A stretch of 64,000 bases of DNA from Octopus vulgaris (lineage: Eukaryota). The translations under genes and the position numbers were made by a program. Below, in pieces: positions 62,501 to 64,000 of the stretch (its first letter is position 1; each line of letters starts with the position of its first letter). The DNA lies in NCBI GenBank assembly GCA_951406725.2, contig OX597841.1:22940001-23004000 (forward strand), in the 5' to 3' direction. A model generated the notes under the pieces. The model made no database searches. It saw only the letters and a list, made by a program, of their open reading frames with translations, and was not told where the DNA came from.

Positions 62501-63394
62501 TGAACTTTTATTGAGCTTACGCAGAAGAAATACAGATATATATACATTGTCATACATACAAACTTACATGAATCGAAAGTGTCCTAAGGGAAATAACTCA
62601 TAAAAGTCAATTAGATGCATTTCTATAGACGCAGACGTGGCTGTAAAGCTGAGAAGCTTGCCTTCCCGACCATGTGGTTTTACGTTCAGTTCCACTACAC
62701 AGAACATTGGACAAGAACCTTCTATAGCCCTGGGCCGAACAATGCTTTGTGAATAGATTTGATAGACGACAAATGAAATGCTTATCTTCAATCGCATTAT
62801 TTCCATAGACGTATTCGTATACGCATCGTAACTTTTAGATGTAGGTTTAGTTTATCTAGCATATAGATCTCCTATGTTAGGAGTATGTGTGTCTGTGGAG
62901 TACTCAGCCACTTGCATGTTAATTTCACAAGCAGGCTGTTCCATTGAATGAATCGAAACAATTTTTGCTGCAACCCAAGGTGAGTCAGGCCACAGTCCAG
63001 CAATACATACTAAGGAAATTTTGCAGATGGAGATGAATTTTCTAACTTCCATTGGTCATCATCATCATCATCGTTTAACGTCCGCTTTCCACGCTAGCAT
63101 GGGTAGGATGGTTTGACTGAGGACTGGCAAACCAGATGGCTGCACCAGGCTCCAGTCTGATCTGGCAGAGTTTCTACAACTGGATGCCCTTCCTAACGCC
63201 AACCACTCAGAGAGTGTAGTGGGTGCTTTTACGTGCCACTGGCACGAGGGCCAGTCAGATGTAGAAACTTTGCCAAATCAAGATAAGAGCCTGGTGCAGC
63301 CATCTGGTTCGCCAGCCCTCAGTCAAAATCGTCCAACCCATGCTAGCATGGAAAGCGGACGTTAAACGATGATGATATATAATTGACATAAGCA

Positions 63395-64000
63395 AGAAAA
63401 TGATTTACTGTAGATATCTCACTGACAGAGGTTTTTACATATGTGTGACTATATCTATGTGCAGTTGTGTTTCAATTACAATGTGTATCAACATTTTTTT
63501 TTTTTTAGCTTTGGTGCTTTGGTCAGTGGGTTTGTTTTCCTATTTGCTTCTAGCTGGAAATCAAAAGAAATTACTAATATTCACTTAAAATTTTGCTTTT
63601 GCAACCTGGACATCAATGTTCTGAAATGTAGTGGAAAATATTTCCATTACATTTCAGAGAGATTCAGCACCGAAAATATTCTGCTCAATACCACGGATTT
63701 GCTTGTCAGTTGCTTGACCATAATCACTTGAGCATATCTCTTAGCAGATGATGAGAAAGAGTAGCTAGGGAGCATCATAGCCATGTGTTAAAAGGGATTA
63801 TTTGGGGTTTGATTAAATATAACAAACGCAAAGTTTGCAGGAAATAGTAACCATTTTTCATACTTTCTAGGGGTAAGCAAGAAGGAAGTAACAGTTGCGA
63901 CCCAAGGACCAAAATCGTGAGACACAGTGTTATTTGTGAATGATTTATCACAGATGTTGCAGTGATATGGCTTGCGACTTGTATGAAAGTATTGATAAGG
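63395..64000 (-). pseudogene. Degenerate finger remnants, probably the 3' end of a further zinc-finger gene beyond the window
   Basis: Minus strand [17 protein letters not shown] at ~63935-63990 and a decayed finger at ~63395-63450. The intervening 63590-63930 is similar to 5895-6252. Confidence 0.5.

Overview
Animal (eukaryotic), AT-rich, repeat-dense DNA that looks like part of a tandem C2H2 zinc-finger gene cluster. An octopus/coleoid cephalopod origin is inferred from the single-coding-exon zinc-finger arrays without a recognisable KRAB, SCAN or BTB domain and from the tRNA-derived SINE families; the species cannot be proven from sequence alone. There are eight zinc-finger genes in three subfamilies: ZF1 (267-1232, -); the pair ZF2/ZF3 (9911-10747 and 21587-22528, -) on a ~10.7 kb tandem duplication; and five close paralogues ZF4-ZF8 (29878-55286). 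In the last group ZF6 has a single frameshift, ZF7 has a terminal frameshift, and ZF8 is inverted and head-to-head with ZF7. Degenerate fingers at the right edge suggest another gene begins beyond the window. Intergenic DNA is mostly SINEs (3-4 families), piggyBac-, Merlin- and hAT-type MITEs, LINE fragments (CR1, RTE, R4/Dong, a Gag-like ORF1) and microsatellites. Most notable: (i) ZF4-ZF8 are mosaics drawn from a 14-finger set, with near-identical flanks but variable recognition helices; (ii) exactly one tandem unit has been inverted, with both breakpoints at the same paralogous site; (iii) several type I hammerhead ribozyme motifs of the Penelope type occur, one with a canonical core; (iv) transposons repeatedly remodel finger arrays and gene ends. 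All alignments were made by eye and repeat boundaries are approximate.
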